A stretch of DNA of 63,558 bases, counting the filler, from Elsinoe ampelina (lineage: Eukaryota): NCBI GenBank assembly GCA_010093995.1. It is 7 parts of 7 records of this genome, joined end to end, with 100 filler letters (N's around TTAATTAATTAA, not from the genome) between each part and the next. Parts side by side here need not be neighbours in the genome. Positions count along the whole stretch, not along the records: positions 30,029 to 39,116 come from ML992577.1; positions 39,217 to 48,019 come from ML992579.1; positions 48,120 to 56,802 come from ML992580.1; 4 more parts are not named here. One strand, 5' to 3'. The notes beneath the pieces are model-generated. The model was not told where the DNA came from. It saw only the letters and a list, made by a program, of their open reading frames with translations, and ran no database searches. The position numbers and the translations under genes were made by a program. How positions within the stretch are numbered: the stretch's first letter is position 1; each line of letters starts with the position of its first letter. Of the stretch, positions 36,665-49,632 are shown piece after piece.

Positions 36665-38834
36665 CTACAGGTTATCCTCGAGAACGTCACTCATAATGTG
36701 GAGAATCCTGGAGAACGTCTTTGGCTTCCATGCGCCCATTTCATCCATCAAATGAGCAAAGTCGAGCAGCACCCGTCTGGCTGAAACATAGCCTGCAGCA
36801 GGAATGCCATTAAGAAGTATTGGTCCGCCAAAGTTGATAAAGTCTGAGGCGGCGGTGCGCTGGTGTGCATCGTACATGGCCGGGTTGGTGACGGGATCCG
36901 TCAGACCACAGTCGCCTACCAGGGTCCAGTCGACGTCCGCCATGAGGTCAAAGGGCTGCTGCTGTGGTCCATTGCCAACTGGCTCGTCCTGAGGAATCTG
37001 AAAGACGAAGAGTCCGAGGATGAGCGCCGCTGAGAAAAGAGCACTCAGGCAGTTCAGCATCATTGTGTCCGATACTTTGCGATTGCTAAGATAGCGATAT
37101 GTGTGGGCAGAGTGAATGGCAGCACGTCGGGCTGCTGGAGTCTTGGACCAAGTCGCAATGTCGGACAGTGCTGTAGCGCCTCGCGAAGCGCCGCTGCGAC
37201 CTGCTGCAAGCTCGAAGATCTGAATGTTAGCTGTCAAGTTGATGTTGAGATTGTGCCAGAGTATTGCAACATTGAGATCGCTATGTCTTCTCGACATGAT
37301 CGAGGCTTGAGCCAGCTGAACAATTGTCGGCACAAACGAGCATCCTCTAAAGTCGTGGCGATACGTCTTCCATGGAACGATGCGATCAAGGCCGTTCCAG
37401 TCGTCGATTTGTGCAAAGTACCTGTGTTGAGTATCGCTGACCATGTGCTTGATCACATTCAGCAGGCTGAACATGCTGAACGCCTGAATAGGATGTGGCT
37501 GAATTAAGACCGAGTCTAAGGAACCCTTCAGGTGGAATCCTCGAGGCTTGATTGTAGGCATCTCAAAGTTGCGGCCTTGCTGTATCAGTTGCCACCATTC
37601 TTCAGCAGACCTGGCGCTGAAGAGGTCATCATCCGCTGGTAGACTCATCTGAACAGCCTCCGGATGCACAAGAGGGTTGGCGCAAGAATTATTTGCCCAC
37701 CACCAGTCAGCACTAATCATACAGCTGACCAGTCTGCGAACGCTCTCGACACGGGCCCAAGCAGTCCATCGCTCGCGCAGATGGGCAGTGTCGGGTAGGA
37801 AATCTGACGATGATGCTTCGCCGGCATTGAACAGTCCTTGTCTCATGGCGACAGCGATAAGAGTCGAGTACAAGGCTTGGCTTTGTGCAATGAAGTCGAC
37901 ATCGGCTGAAAAGACTGCAAGCTGGAGGGTGAGGAAAGACGTTGCAAATGCGCACAACCGTTCCTCCATGGTAGTTCCGACCGATGCCGTTGCCACAAGC
38001 TCTTGCAATGCTCTGTGTCGTACGTCCAGGAAGGCCTTCTTGACAAATTTGCTGCCGCCACTGGTGCTCATCGTGCTCAGACCCAGCACAGTCATGATGA
38101 ACAGCAGAGCAGGTGGGGTCGAAGATGCTTGAAAGGTTGGCACGTGGATGAACGGCGCCATTGGATGGATACGCCTGAAGTAGATGTCGAGCGACATGTC
38201 GAGTACTTCGGCCGGCGGGAAGTTTGACTTTACAGACTGCATTGTGCTTGGAGGACCGCGAAGTCCGCCCGGTGTGGGTGCAGGAGTGCCGAATTCAATC
38301 TTGAGTTGATTGCGGACTGCTGAGTTGACTCCCCATCTGCTGTCGCCTCGATGGTCGTTGTAAGGCAATTTGGCCATGACATGATCGCAGCAGAATATGT
38401 TGACAGCGGAGCTTTCGCCGAGCTCCATCCACAATTTGCTGAAGAAGTGCGACTTTGCCACTTTCGCTCTCCATACCTCTTCGACGCGGGCGAAACGTGC
38501 TTCCGGGATGGAGCTGATGGAGCCAGAAGTGCTACGTGCGGCTTGCGGAGGTGATGGGTGAGACGTGGAATTACTATTGGTGTGGTGGAGAGGACCTCCG
38601 AATTCGGGCATTTGTAGCATGGAAAAGTCAATATCGTTGTCGGCTTGACTTAACCAGAATTGTAGCATGTCGTTGGCATTGCCGTCAAAGTTTGTCGTTT
38701 GGTAAGGAGACTCCATCTCTGCGTCCATCGAGTGTGATGAATGATCGGTGCGCAAAGGAGGGGGATTCATAGAGGCTCCGCCGTTCATGTGCAAATCGCC
38801 GTTGGAATGCTGAGGCGGTGGATTTTGTTGATGG

Positions 38835-38872
<38 letters not shown>

Positions 38873-39116
38873 GTGTGCTTGTTGCTGATGAAGCTGTTGC
38901 TGCTCATGATGTGACTGAGGCGGCAACATTTGCGGAGTGTACCCATGATTGCTGCTGATAGACTGGCGGTGCTGTATAGGTGGAGGCGGCTGAGGTGCTG
39001 ATATTGGAGATGGTCCTACATTAACCGGCGATGGTTGTATGGGAGATGGATTCGACATGGTTGGTCGGATCGGCTCAAAGCCGTTTGATATGCTCGGTAT
39101 AGACATCTGTCGGAGC
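36665..39116 (-). CDS. Fungal-specific transcription factor (Fungal_trans-type domain); 5' part and DNA-binding domain cut off by the contig end
   Basis: FPPAEVLDMSLDIYFRRIHPMAPFIHVPTF, WTAWARVESVRRL, LPADDDLF motifs; poly-Gln region. The frame stays open to the linker. Confidence 0.85.
38835..38869 (-). repeat. (CAG)n microsatellite encoding poly-Gln
   Basis: About 11 perfect TGC units on the + strand. Confidence 0.9.
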
Positions 39117-39216
39117 NNNNNNNNNNNNNNNNNNNNNNNNNNNNNNNNNNNNNNNNNNNNTTAATTAATTAANNNNNNNNNNNNNNNNNNNNNNNNNNNN
39201 NNNNNNNNNNNNNNNN
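39117..39216. other. Artificial contig linker
   Basis: N44-TTAATTAATTAA-N44. Confidence 0.98.
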
Positions 39217-41600
39217 ATTAGCTAAGGTAGACAATTTTACTACCGCTAACGATAATACTAATAGTAGAATAGATAGTATAAGTAATAACTTTAGAGATAT
39301 TACTACTTATAGTTTAAGTAATAAAGAGGTTAACGAGAAAGAAGGGTATAATAAGGACAAAGATCTACTATATAACGTTACTAAGGTTAGAGGCTAGTAT
39401 TCTAAGTATATCTAGTTAATAGCCTCCGAGTAATAATGCTCTTATAGTATCTATACTAATACCTACTCTAAAGCACTTCCGCACATACCTTCCCTATTAC
39501 TATATATAATTCTACCTACTAATACTAATAGTCTCTCTTCGTTAGCTACCCTAAGAAAGCTTATTCCCTTACCTACTAGTATCTTTAATATAACTATATT
39601 TATATCTATATTAGTTATGCTAGATCTACTTATAAAAACGTTAACGAGGAAATTATATAGATTAACTATAATATAAAGGCTAAAGCTATAACTAATCTCC
39701 GCGCTACTTCCTTTATTATTAACCTTAATAACTATCTCTACTATAGTACCTACGACCTTAGCTAACTTATTACTAACACTACTCTCTATGCTATTACTAA
39801 TATCTACCTTATTATGCTCTTAACTTCCTTACTAGGTTTAAGTCTAATAATAGTTAGGTTACTTTCTAGGATAATACTAATAGTAAAAAGAACAACAAGG
39901 GAGATACTTCTACCGCTAGTACCGATAGTACTACCTAGAGTAGTAATATAACTACTAGTGTAGCTAGAGGTAATATAAACACTTCTACTTTAAGAGCTTA
40001 TATATACTATTATTATAGTTAATTTTAGTTACTTATAGGAAGAGGTAACATAATTAAGTCTTTATAAAGTATAAGTCTATATTATTAATAACTATCTAAA
40101 GCTATTAGCCCGCTAACGCTTTAACTATGCTACCTTAATTAGATTAGTTATTAGAAGAAATACTATTATTACTATTGTTAACGTAATCTAACTCCTTCTA
40201 CTTACGTTTAATATTATAGCGTATAGTAAAGAGTAAGAGTAGATCTACTCTTCTATTAAGAATAAGACAATTAATAGTATACTATATGTTAATTAGGTTA
40301 AAGATGTTATTAGTCTATAAGATATTATACTAATATTTGTTAGATTATAGAGAAAGATTAGATTAGAAACACCTATAAAGTTATAAGGAATATCATAAGT
40401 ATAGTAGGCTTTATAGCAAAGTACTAAACCTCTATAGTTATTATAGATATATTTAGCTTAGATTTTATAGTTATTGTTAAAGTTAAGATATATAAGAGTT
40501 ATATAGCGAATATAGGCTTTATACTAACGTAGGTATAAGGGCCTAGCGTAGTTACTAGGAGTTATCTTATAAGGCTAAAAGAAGATTAAATCTACTAGGT
40601 CGAGGTAGAGTTAAGCGTAAGAAGAAGACATTATAGAAGAAAGTATTAAACAATAAGAAAGAAAAGTTTAAGAGAAAGAAGGAGAAATAGTAACTAAAAG
40701 GTATATATATCTATTATTACCTATTATAAGAATAACAATATAGATAATAGCTATTATCTATTATAAAAAAACAATAATACTAATAATAGCTATTATCGAA
40801 TAATAGCTATTATTATACTAAGGAATATAAGTAGATTATTAGCTAAGTTACTTCTTTCTCTCCTTAGGAATATTTAAATAACTATCTAGTATACCTTTAC
40901 GTCGCTATAGTATAACTTATACTAATAGTTGCTAGAATTTAAGCAAATCTACTACTATATCTACTACTTACCTCTCTATTATTCGTTAGGCCGATATTAC
41001 TTACTATAAATTTATTAATAACCTTTAGGTAGAGATTAAGGCTCTAGATAGTCTTACACTTACTATTAACTAGTAATCTAATAGTATTAAGGCAATCCGT
41101 AACTATACTATAAGTTAGTAGGAAGACTAAACTACCTAGAACTAATTATTCTAGTCTTAGACTCTGCCTAATAGCTTTAGTACTCCGGTTTACTAGTTAA
41201 GGGTTATAATTTATATAAGGGTAAACTTGCTAAGGATAGAATATCCTCTAGATAAAGTAGATAATAAGATAATAAAGTATTAGTTCTAGGTAGTATACGG
41301 CTTACTAGCTAAGTATGTAAAATAGGCTTATAGGGGTTATATAAATAATATTAATTAGGTTAATCTTCTATAAATTACTATTAGGTCGTAATTGTATATA
41401 AGGGTTAATAATTAATAACTTTTGCTTCTCTCTAGTATCCTTTACCTACTATAACTTTAAGTGTTTAGAGCGGAAAAGTAATAAGAGTTATAGGATATAG
41501 TAGTTACTATAAGAATTTACTATAAGAATAGTAACTCTAGTACGGTGCTAGTAAGGGTACGCTAAGGACTTAATAGCACTATACTACTTATCTACTAACC
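39217..41600. mobile_element. Heavily RIP-mutated repeat DNA, family unresolved (possibly DNA transposon fragments)
   Basis: Extreme TpA enrichment and no ORFs; palindromic ATAATAGCTATTAT units at ~40744-40815. Confidence 0.5.
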
Positions 41601-44600
41601 TAACCTAGTACTATACTATATCTAGAATATATACGACCTAACTTGTACTTAGTGCTAGTATAGTGCTATTATAGCTATAGTATAGAGCTAGTACTAGTAC
41701 TACTAAGCCCTTAGTAGTACTACGCTAGCTAGAGGCCGACCTAAACCCTAGTGTAGTACTAAACCTAAAGGAGCCGACTCTACTCTAATAGTTATACTAT
41801 ATAGATTTACTAAAGAAGGTAATAGACTAGAAGATATTAGATTTGTTATATTATAATAAAATTCTAGCGGTAGTAGTATTAGAGGCGTTAGTTTTAAGAA
41901 CTATCTACTTTAAGTAATTAAAGTACGTAAGGATAGGTATACTTGTAATAGCGTGCTTTATACGATTAAATATAGTAGTTATATAAAGACTAGTATAGTA
42001 ACTAGTATAGTAAGTATACTACGCTAGCTTACCTCGGAGATACTATTCTCTATAGAAGAATAAAACACTCCTTACCTATAGAATAGATCGAGTAGAGATT
42101 AGTCTTATAACGATCGAAGGTATACTTATATAACCTCTGTTCTATATCTATATACTTATCTTTCTAGCTTATATATTCTACCTTTATTATAATTCTAATC
42201 TCTCTTATATTCTATTAGATAGAGCTATATAGATAAGATAGTACTCTATACTTAGTGCTAGTAGAACGATTAACTACTACTAGAGTAGTACTAGTATAGA
42301 TAAATCCCTAATAGTTTAGCTATTAGCGAGATATTTACTAAATTAGCTACGACTCTAGAGATAACTCCTATTAAAGATTACTAGGCTAAGGAAGGCCTAG
42401 TACTAAGGCTATACTATACTAATATAGCTCCTATAGAAAGCCTAGCTAATATAGGAAATAATACTATATATAAAGTGCTTTTTACTTATATTACTTAGCT
42501 CGAGAATATACTTAGTAATTACTCCCTAGCTATAGTACTAGGTTTACGTAGTTATTTTAATAATATATAACTTAACGACATCTACCTAATAAATCTATAA
42601 ATTATAAGAGAGTATATACTAAACTTATACTACCCTAAGGCCTTAAAGTCTACTATTATAGTAAGAGTTAAGGAATTTATATATATATATAATAACGTCT
42701 TTAAGATAGTGCTAAATATCTACTCTAAAGAAGTTACCTAGTGCTATATAGCTACTAGCTACCTAAAAGGTTAGCTTAGCTATAATTAGGACTTATATAC
42801 TAAGAGTACTAGTACTATACTCTTATAGAGCCTAATATAGTTCTAGCTTTAGAATTAGGCCTAGAGTTCTAAAAACTATAGTAATAGCTACGTAATAAGG
42901 TTCTTTACATTATACTAGTAAAGAGAATAGTTAATTACTAATTTCTATATATTTCTCGATAGTTATAAGCCTTATATTAAGATAGTGCCTCTCCTAGATA
43001 ACGTCTACTATATATAGCTTATTGCCTATACTATACTAGAGCTACGCTTAGAAGTACTCTATTAGGAGAACTTACTCCTAATTAAGGTAGAACTTCTAGT
43101 ATATCTATCCTACTTAGAGTAGAACTTACTAGACTACTTTAACTCTATATATAGGTAGTATAAGTATAACACTAGAGATAAGACTAATACCTTTACTAAA
43201 AGGCCTTATTATAATAAAGACTATAAAGGTTAAAAGAACTAGTAGAGTAGTACTAATACTACCTCTATATCTCTCTAGTCTAGTACTACTTACTCTTATA
43301 ACATCTATAAGAGTATAGACTATTAGGTACTAAACTACCCCTAGAAGAACTCTACGAGATAGATAATATCTTTATATTTACTAGTCTTAAGTAGTCCTAG
43401 TATAATAGAGATAGTATACTAGATTTATACTAATGTAGTAATTAACCTACCTAAAGGCTCTATTAAAGGGATAGCTCTAATAGATAGTAGCGCTAATAGT
43501 AACTTTATTAGCTAGTATTTTACTATATGCTATTATATTACTATTTACCCCTTAGTAGTATACTAAATATATAGCTTAGATAAACACGAATTAACTACGT
43601 ATAGATATACTAAGTTAGTCTTCGTAGTTAAGGATAATAAAGAAGTAATAAAGACATTACACTAGTAGTTTAAAAGCGTTAATATAACTAGTTACGACCT
43701 TACATTAGGCCTACCTTAGCTATTATTCTATAAGCCTAAGATTTAGTAGAGTATTAAAGTATAAAAGTATTATACTTACGCTATATAAGTATTAATTCTA
43801 GATATACTTTTCTTCTCCTAGGAGCTAAACTAGTCTAATATATAACTCTATCTAGTATATATATACCTAGATAAACCTAGTGCTCTAATTCTACTATACT
43901 AGCTTAATAACTATATAGACGTTTTTAATAAGAGTATAGTAATAGTACTACTAGGTAATAATTTTACCTACTCTATCGATATTAAAGAAGGAGAATAGCT
44001 ACTCTAGAGGCCTATCTATTCCCTTAGTAAGAAGGAGCTTTAGGTACTTTAAGAGTATATAGATAAGAGCTTAGCAACGAGTTAGCTCTAGTATAGTACT
44101 AGCTCTATAGAGTCTCCTATCCTATTTATTCCTAAGAAGAATAGTTTACTATGCCTATATATTAACTACTATAGACTAAATAATGTTACTATTAAGAACT
44201 ATTACTCTTTACCTCTAATTACTAAGATACTTAATTATATTAAGGGCATATACTTATTTAGTAAGCTAGACCTTATAGACACTTACTACTAGGTATATAT
44301 CTAGTATAGTAATAAATAGAAGATAGTATTCTACTATTACTATAGCTACTTTAAGTATACTATTATGTCTTTTAGCCTTACTAATACTCTAGCTATATTC
44401 TAGACTTATATATACTAGTACTTAAGTAGCTTAGTAGACTACTACTATATTATATATCTAGACGATATTCTAATCTATACTAGTAATAAGTGAGAGTATT
44501 ACTAGGCTATTAGGAGTATACTAGACTATCTATATAAGAATAGTCTCTATATAAAACTAAAGAAGTATATCTTTAAAATAATATAGGTAGTATTTCTAGG

Positions 44601-46920
44601 CTATATTATTAGTAGTAATAGCGTTATAATAGAATAGCCTAGAGTATAAGCTATTATTAACTAGCCTACCTCTACTAGCCTTAAGAAATTATAGACCTTT
44701 CTTAGATTTACTAATTTCTACTATCGATTTATTAAGGACTTCTTCTATATAGTACTACTACTAACTATACTTATATAAGGGTTAGTCTAAGGAAAGTAAG
44801 TAGGCCTATTTCTATAGAGTAACGATATAGTATAGGCCTTTAATAGACTTAAAGCTACCTTTATATAAGCACCTATACTACGTTACTTTATATTAAGTAA
44901 GCCCCTCTAGCTCGAGACTAATACTTTAGATTTTATACTCTCTAGAGTAATATCCTAGTAAAATAAAGGTACTACCTCTATATAATACTAGTACCCTATA
45001 GTATTCTAGTTCTAGAAGCTATAAGGTATAGAACTAAACTATACTACTTATAATAAGGAGCTTCTTACTATTATAGAGGCTATATAGTACTAGTATTAGT
45101 ACCTACTTAGCGCCTCTACTCTAGTTAAAGTTCTCTCTAACTATAATAACCTTAGGTATTTCCTAATTACTAAGAAGCTTTTATAGTACTAGGCCTACTA
45201 TACTAAAGTACTAGTATAGTTTAATATTATTATCTAGCACTATAGTAGGAGTACTAACTTAGCTAATAGCCTATTATATAGGCCTAACTACTATAAGTAT
45301 AAAGAAGATATATAAGAGAAGTACTATATATTAGTCCTTCTCTTAGAGTAAGTATTATAAATATAAAGTAAAGGAGTTACGCCTAGACCTATTATAGATA
45401 AGAAACCTAAGGCTAGTAGAGCCTAGGTAAATAGTAATAAAGCTAGTATAGCTTATATGTCTTAAACTACTCCTCTACGTAATATACTTATATAATTCTA
45501 GTATATCTTTAGAGTAGTGCCTATAAGTCTACCTATTACCTTAGGAGTACTATAGCTATACTAAGAAGAGTTAGAGCCTCTAGAGTAAGAAGAGTAGTAC
45601 CTAGGGAGTACTTATATAGACCTTTCTCTAAGCTTAACTAGTAACATTAAATTAGAAAGATATATATCTACTCTAGTATTCTAGGATATACTACTACTTA
45701 CCTAAGAAATACTAGAGAGCTAAGGGTATAAAGAGAGTATAATACCTATACTATCCTAGGATACCTCTAGTAGAGAGTCTACTATAATTTTAGACTAGAG
45801 GTAGTAGATTATATACCTCTATACTACGTAAGTACTAGTAAATAAGACTACGTATACTTCTTCTACTTCTACCTTACTTTAGGACCTTATTTATATAGTA
45901 TAGTAAAAGAATACCTTTACTTATAGTAAAGAATAGAAACTTTTAAAAGAGAAGACCTTAACTAGTAATAGTACTACCCCTAAGTAGAGCCTATCTAGTA
46001 ATAGCTTACTCTAGAATAGAAATAGAGTATATATTCTAGAAGAAGTTACCTTAAGAGTAGAGCTTATATAGTATAATTATAATAACCTCTTAGGAAGTTA
46101 CTTTAGCTATATAAAAACTTACCTTAATATAAAGAGAAAGTACTAGTAGCTAGGTATATCTATTATAACGAAAGTATATATTAAGCACTACGATAGCTAC
46201 TAAAGGTATAAGTTAACCTAGTATAAGCCTTATAGCCTCTTATAACCTTTACTAATTTTGCCTATACTTAAGGCCTTATAGTACTAGTTACTTAACTTTA
46301 TTACTAGCTTACTACTAGTAGAGCTCTAGCCTAGTATTCTCGTAGATATAATTGTTATATATATCTATTGCTTATCTAAGTTTAGTATCTATACGCTAAT
46401 ATTGACTAAGCTTAATACTAGAGACTTTACTAATCTATTTAAAATAGATATTATAACGTTATTTAGTACACTAAAAACGCTAGTCTTAGATAGAGAGTCT
46501 ATCTTTACTAGCAAGTTCTAGAGTTTACTATACTAGTGCTAGAAGGTATAATATAAGCTTAGTACTAGTTTCTATCTATAGATAGATAGCTAAATAGAAA
46601 GGTAAAACTAGATACTAGAGTAGTACCTACGCTACTTTATAGACTATTACTAGATAGACTAGCCCTACTAGGTTAAGTAGGCACAATTCGTGTATAATAA
46701 CACGTACTAGGCATTACTCTATACTACGCTAGTATAGTTCTTATTTATATAAGAGATATATATACCTAACAATATTAATATACTAGCGCTACTAGGTTAC
46801 GTACTAGTATATAACCTATTAGTTAATAAGTAGGTATAATCTATTACTAAGATATATATAGAGCTCGTATAACACTTATATAAAGTATAAGAAGACTAAG
46901 TACTAGCCTATAATAGAGAC
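41600..46920 (+). mobile_element. RIP-mutated Ty3/Gypsy retrotransposon body, truncated after integrase (boundaries approximate)
   Basis: Protease ALIDSSANSNFIS (~43474), RT PKKNSLLCLYINYYRLN (~44131) and IYLDDILIY (~44452), RNase H LETNT (~44911), integrase NFITSL / LDRESIFTSKF (~46290-46520). No chromodomain or 3' LTR seen. Confidence 0.85.
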
Positions 46921-48019
46921 TAATATTAAAGCCTTATATTAAAGCTATATATATTATAATATAGAGAACGCCTATCTAACTAAACAGTCTATTAGTAGTA
47001 GAACTAATTACTATTAAGCCCTAGGCGTAAGTGCTATATAGGATATTTAAGTGTATTACGTAGGCGAGACTAGCTACTAATAAGTACTACTCTAATACTA
47101 AGCTCTTATAATTACCTTCTCCTCTAGAAGAGCTACCTTTAGCTCTTAACTAGAAGTATATAACGTATAGTATTATTTAGAGGTAATATAGGCATAAGGT
47201 AGTTAAGGCATTTTTATAAAGGCCTTATATATATCTTATATACTGTCTAGTAGTAGTAGTCCTAGAAATCTAGTTCCTAGAGAGGTATTTATCTAGTTAC
47301 TATAGTACTAAAGCTAATTAGTAGTAATAATATTACTTTTCTTAGAACTTCTAGTAGTATTATAGGAGATATATGCCTTATACTAGTAGCTATAACAAAG
47401 ATATAGTATACTAGAGGTTAGTCTATATAATCTTATTATTCTCTCTTATATTCTTCTTTTCTACCTAAAATATATCTATATTTTATTAACCTTTTACTAT
47501 ATAAGTGTATTACCTATAACTATTATATTATCTAACTCTAGCTCTCCTATAGCTAATACTTGTAATATAAGGTCTACTAGTACTTAGGGAGCTATTACTA
47601 CTAGTACTAACTCTATAACTCTCTTACTTCCTAAAGAGAAGACTAATATCTATACTAGGTATACTAATAGCGTTACTAAGAGTAAGCTAGTAAAGCTCTT
47701 ATAAGAGATATAACTAATTTATAGTAGGTTATATCTATACTAGAGGTAACTTTAGTATCTTCTTCTATTATAAGTATAAATACTATACCTATAGTAAGTA
47801 TATATATAAGCTACTACTATCTATTCTACGTAATATATATATTAACGCCTTTAATATAGTTACTAAGCTTAAGGCCTCTAACTAGGCTAGTATTACTATA
47901 GCTAAGAAGCGTATATATACTATAGTCTATAAGAATACCCCTAAGGTTAAGAAGTTTAAGACTATACTTAAGGTATACTATACTAATAAGAATAAGGTTA
48001 TTAGCGAGGTCTTAACTTC
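46921..48019. mobile_element. RIP-mutated repeat of unresolved family abutting the Gypsy integrase
   Basis: RIP composition; pol-like similarity is lost abruptly at ~46920. Confidence 0.5.
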
Positions 48020-48119
48020 NNNNNNNNNNNNNNNNNNNNNNNNNNNNNNNNNNNNNNNNNNNNTTAATTAATTAANNNNNNNNNNNNNNNNNNNNNNNNN
48101 NNNNNNNNNNNNNNNNNNN
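48020..48119. other. Artificial contig linker
   Basis: N44-TTAATTAATTAA-N44. Confidence 0.98.
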
Positions 48120-49100
48120 CCCCCTCCAACACCTCCGCGACCACCCCGAAATCATCTCCACCTGGCTCCCCTACAACGGCCTCATCCTCGCCGCCCTCTG
48201 CATCCTCACCTTCCTCCTCCGGTACTACCTCATCGAACCCCTCGCCCGCCACCTCTACGGCACCCGCTTCTCCACCCTCTCCCCTCGCAACCAACGCGGC
48301 GTCATCAACCACATGGTCGCCGGCTCCATCAAGCTGTGTATCATTCTCGTGGCGGCGTATCCTTTCTTCGCCGTGTTGATCAAGCGCGACTTTCATTACC
48401 CCGCCGCGCCGGGGAGTAAGGTCCGCTTGGGGGATCTCATGGTGGTGGTGGTGGATATGGTGAGCGCCATGTATGTCTTTGAGTTGTTCTACAGGGAGAC
48501 GGTCAGTCCGATTGGGGTTTTTCATCATGTGGGCGCGATTATTATTGCGCAGACTTCGGTGGTGTTGGGGTTGGATGAGGCGCATAGGGTGGATGCGCAG
48601 ATTGAATTTGCGTTGGTGTTGCTTTGGGGTGTGTATACTGTGGCGCTTGATGGAAGGGGTTGCTGACAGGGATAGGTGTCTTTGATGTGGTGGCCGAGTT
48701 TTGGCCGCATCTGGCTATGCTTATTTATCGCTATCGTCCAGATGCTCATAGGAAGAACGCCACTTTGTTCTTGAGCACCGCATATACAGAGCTGGTTGGA
48801 TCGACGGTCGAGACGGCATTAGTCATGACGCTCTTCGGGTCGTTGTGGGATCAGTGGACCATAGCATTCAAGATCTCGACGCCGATTCTGCATGCGTTGT
48901 TCACGGGGGCGCAGTTGTGGAATGCGAGGGTGTTCTGGGGACTGTACAAGTCGAAGAAGGCAGCGGCGGCGAGGGAGAGAAAGGGTGGGAGAGAGGAAGG
49001 GAAGATTGATGGGGAGCCAAAGGAGGAGGGTGGCATGCAGGGTATCCTGGGAGGCGCAAGTGTTGAAGTCGGAAGTATTAATGAACAGAGGAGGGATTAG
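48120..49100 (+). CDS. Multi-pass membrane protein (possibly TLC-domain-like), 5' truncated, 1 intron
   Basis: Open frame from the contig start with several hydrophobic helices; MYVFELFYR..SPIGVFHHVG motif. Intron 48629-48675 joins LLW-GVFD. Confidence 0.75.
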
Positions 49101-49632
49101 TGGTGCGGTTGAAATCATACCATTCGCTGCCATGTGTCCGATCGATGATCCAATGATGCTCCCAATTGCTTTGACGGCGATGAAGGGTTTGTGCTTAGCA
49201 GGTACTGCTTCTTGGCACGTGTCTGGCGAAGCGCTTGTGAGTCGTCGACAGGGCGTTGGTGCTGGCGTGAGTTATGCGCTAAACAACGAGGGACTGATCC
49301 GGCCGAGGACATGCGCACAGAAAGCACATCTGCAGTAGTCATGTGATGGTTTGACTAGTGACCTCCGACCAGTTTGCCGGCTTTTCAGTAGGATTGTCGT
49401 TGGTTGGCCCCGTCCGTGGCTTTCACTTGCCAAGTTTGCCACTCCGCCACATCTGACCATGACAACATCAAATCTTACAATTGTATACATTTTTCTAATG
49501 CCTGAACACCTAGCTACGGCATTCAAACATAAATTGGTCATTGTGCCAAGCCTCTGCTTCAGTATCGCTCCAGTCTTCCAAATTGCTCCCTTCAGAACCC
49601 CATTAGCCTCAGGAGGTCGCCAACGACGTCGC

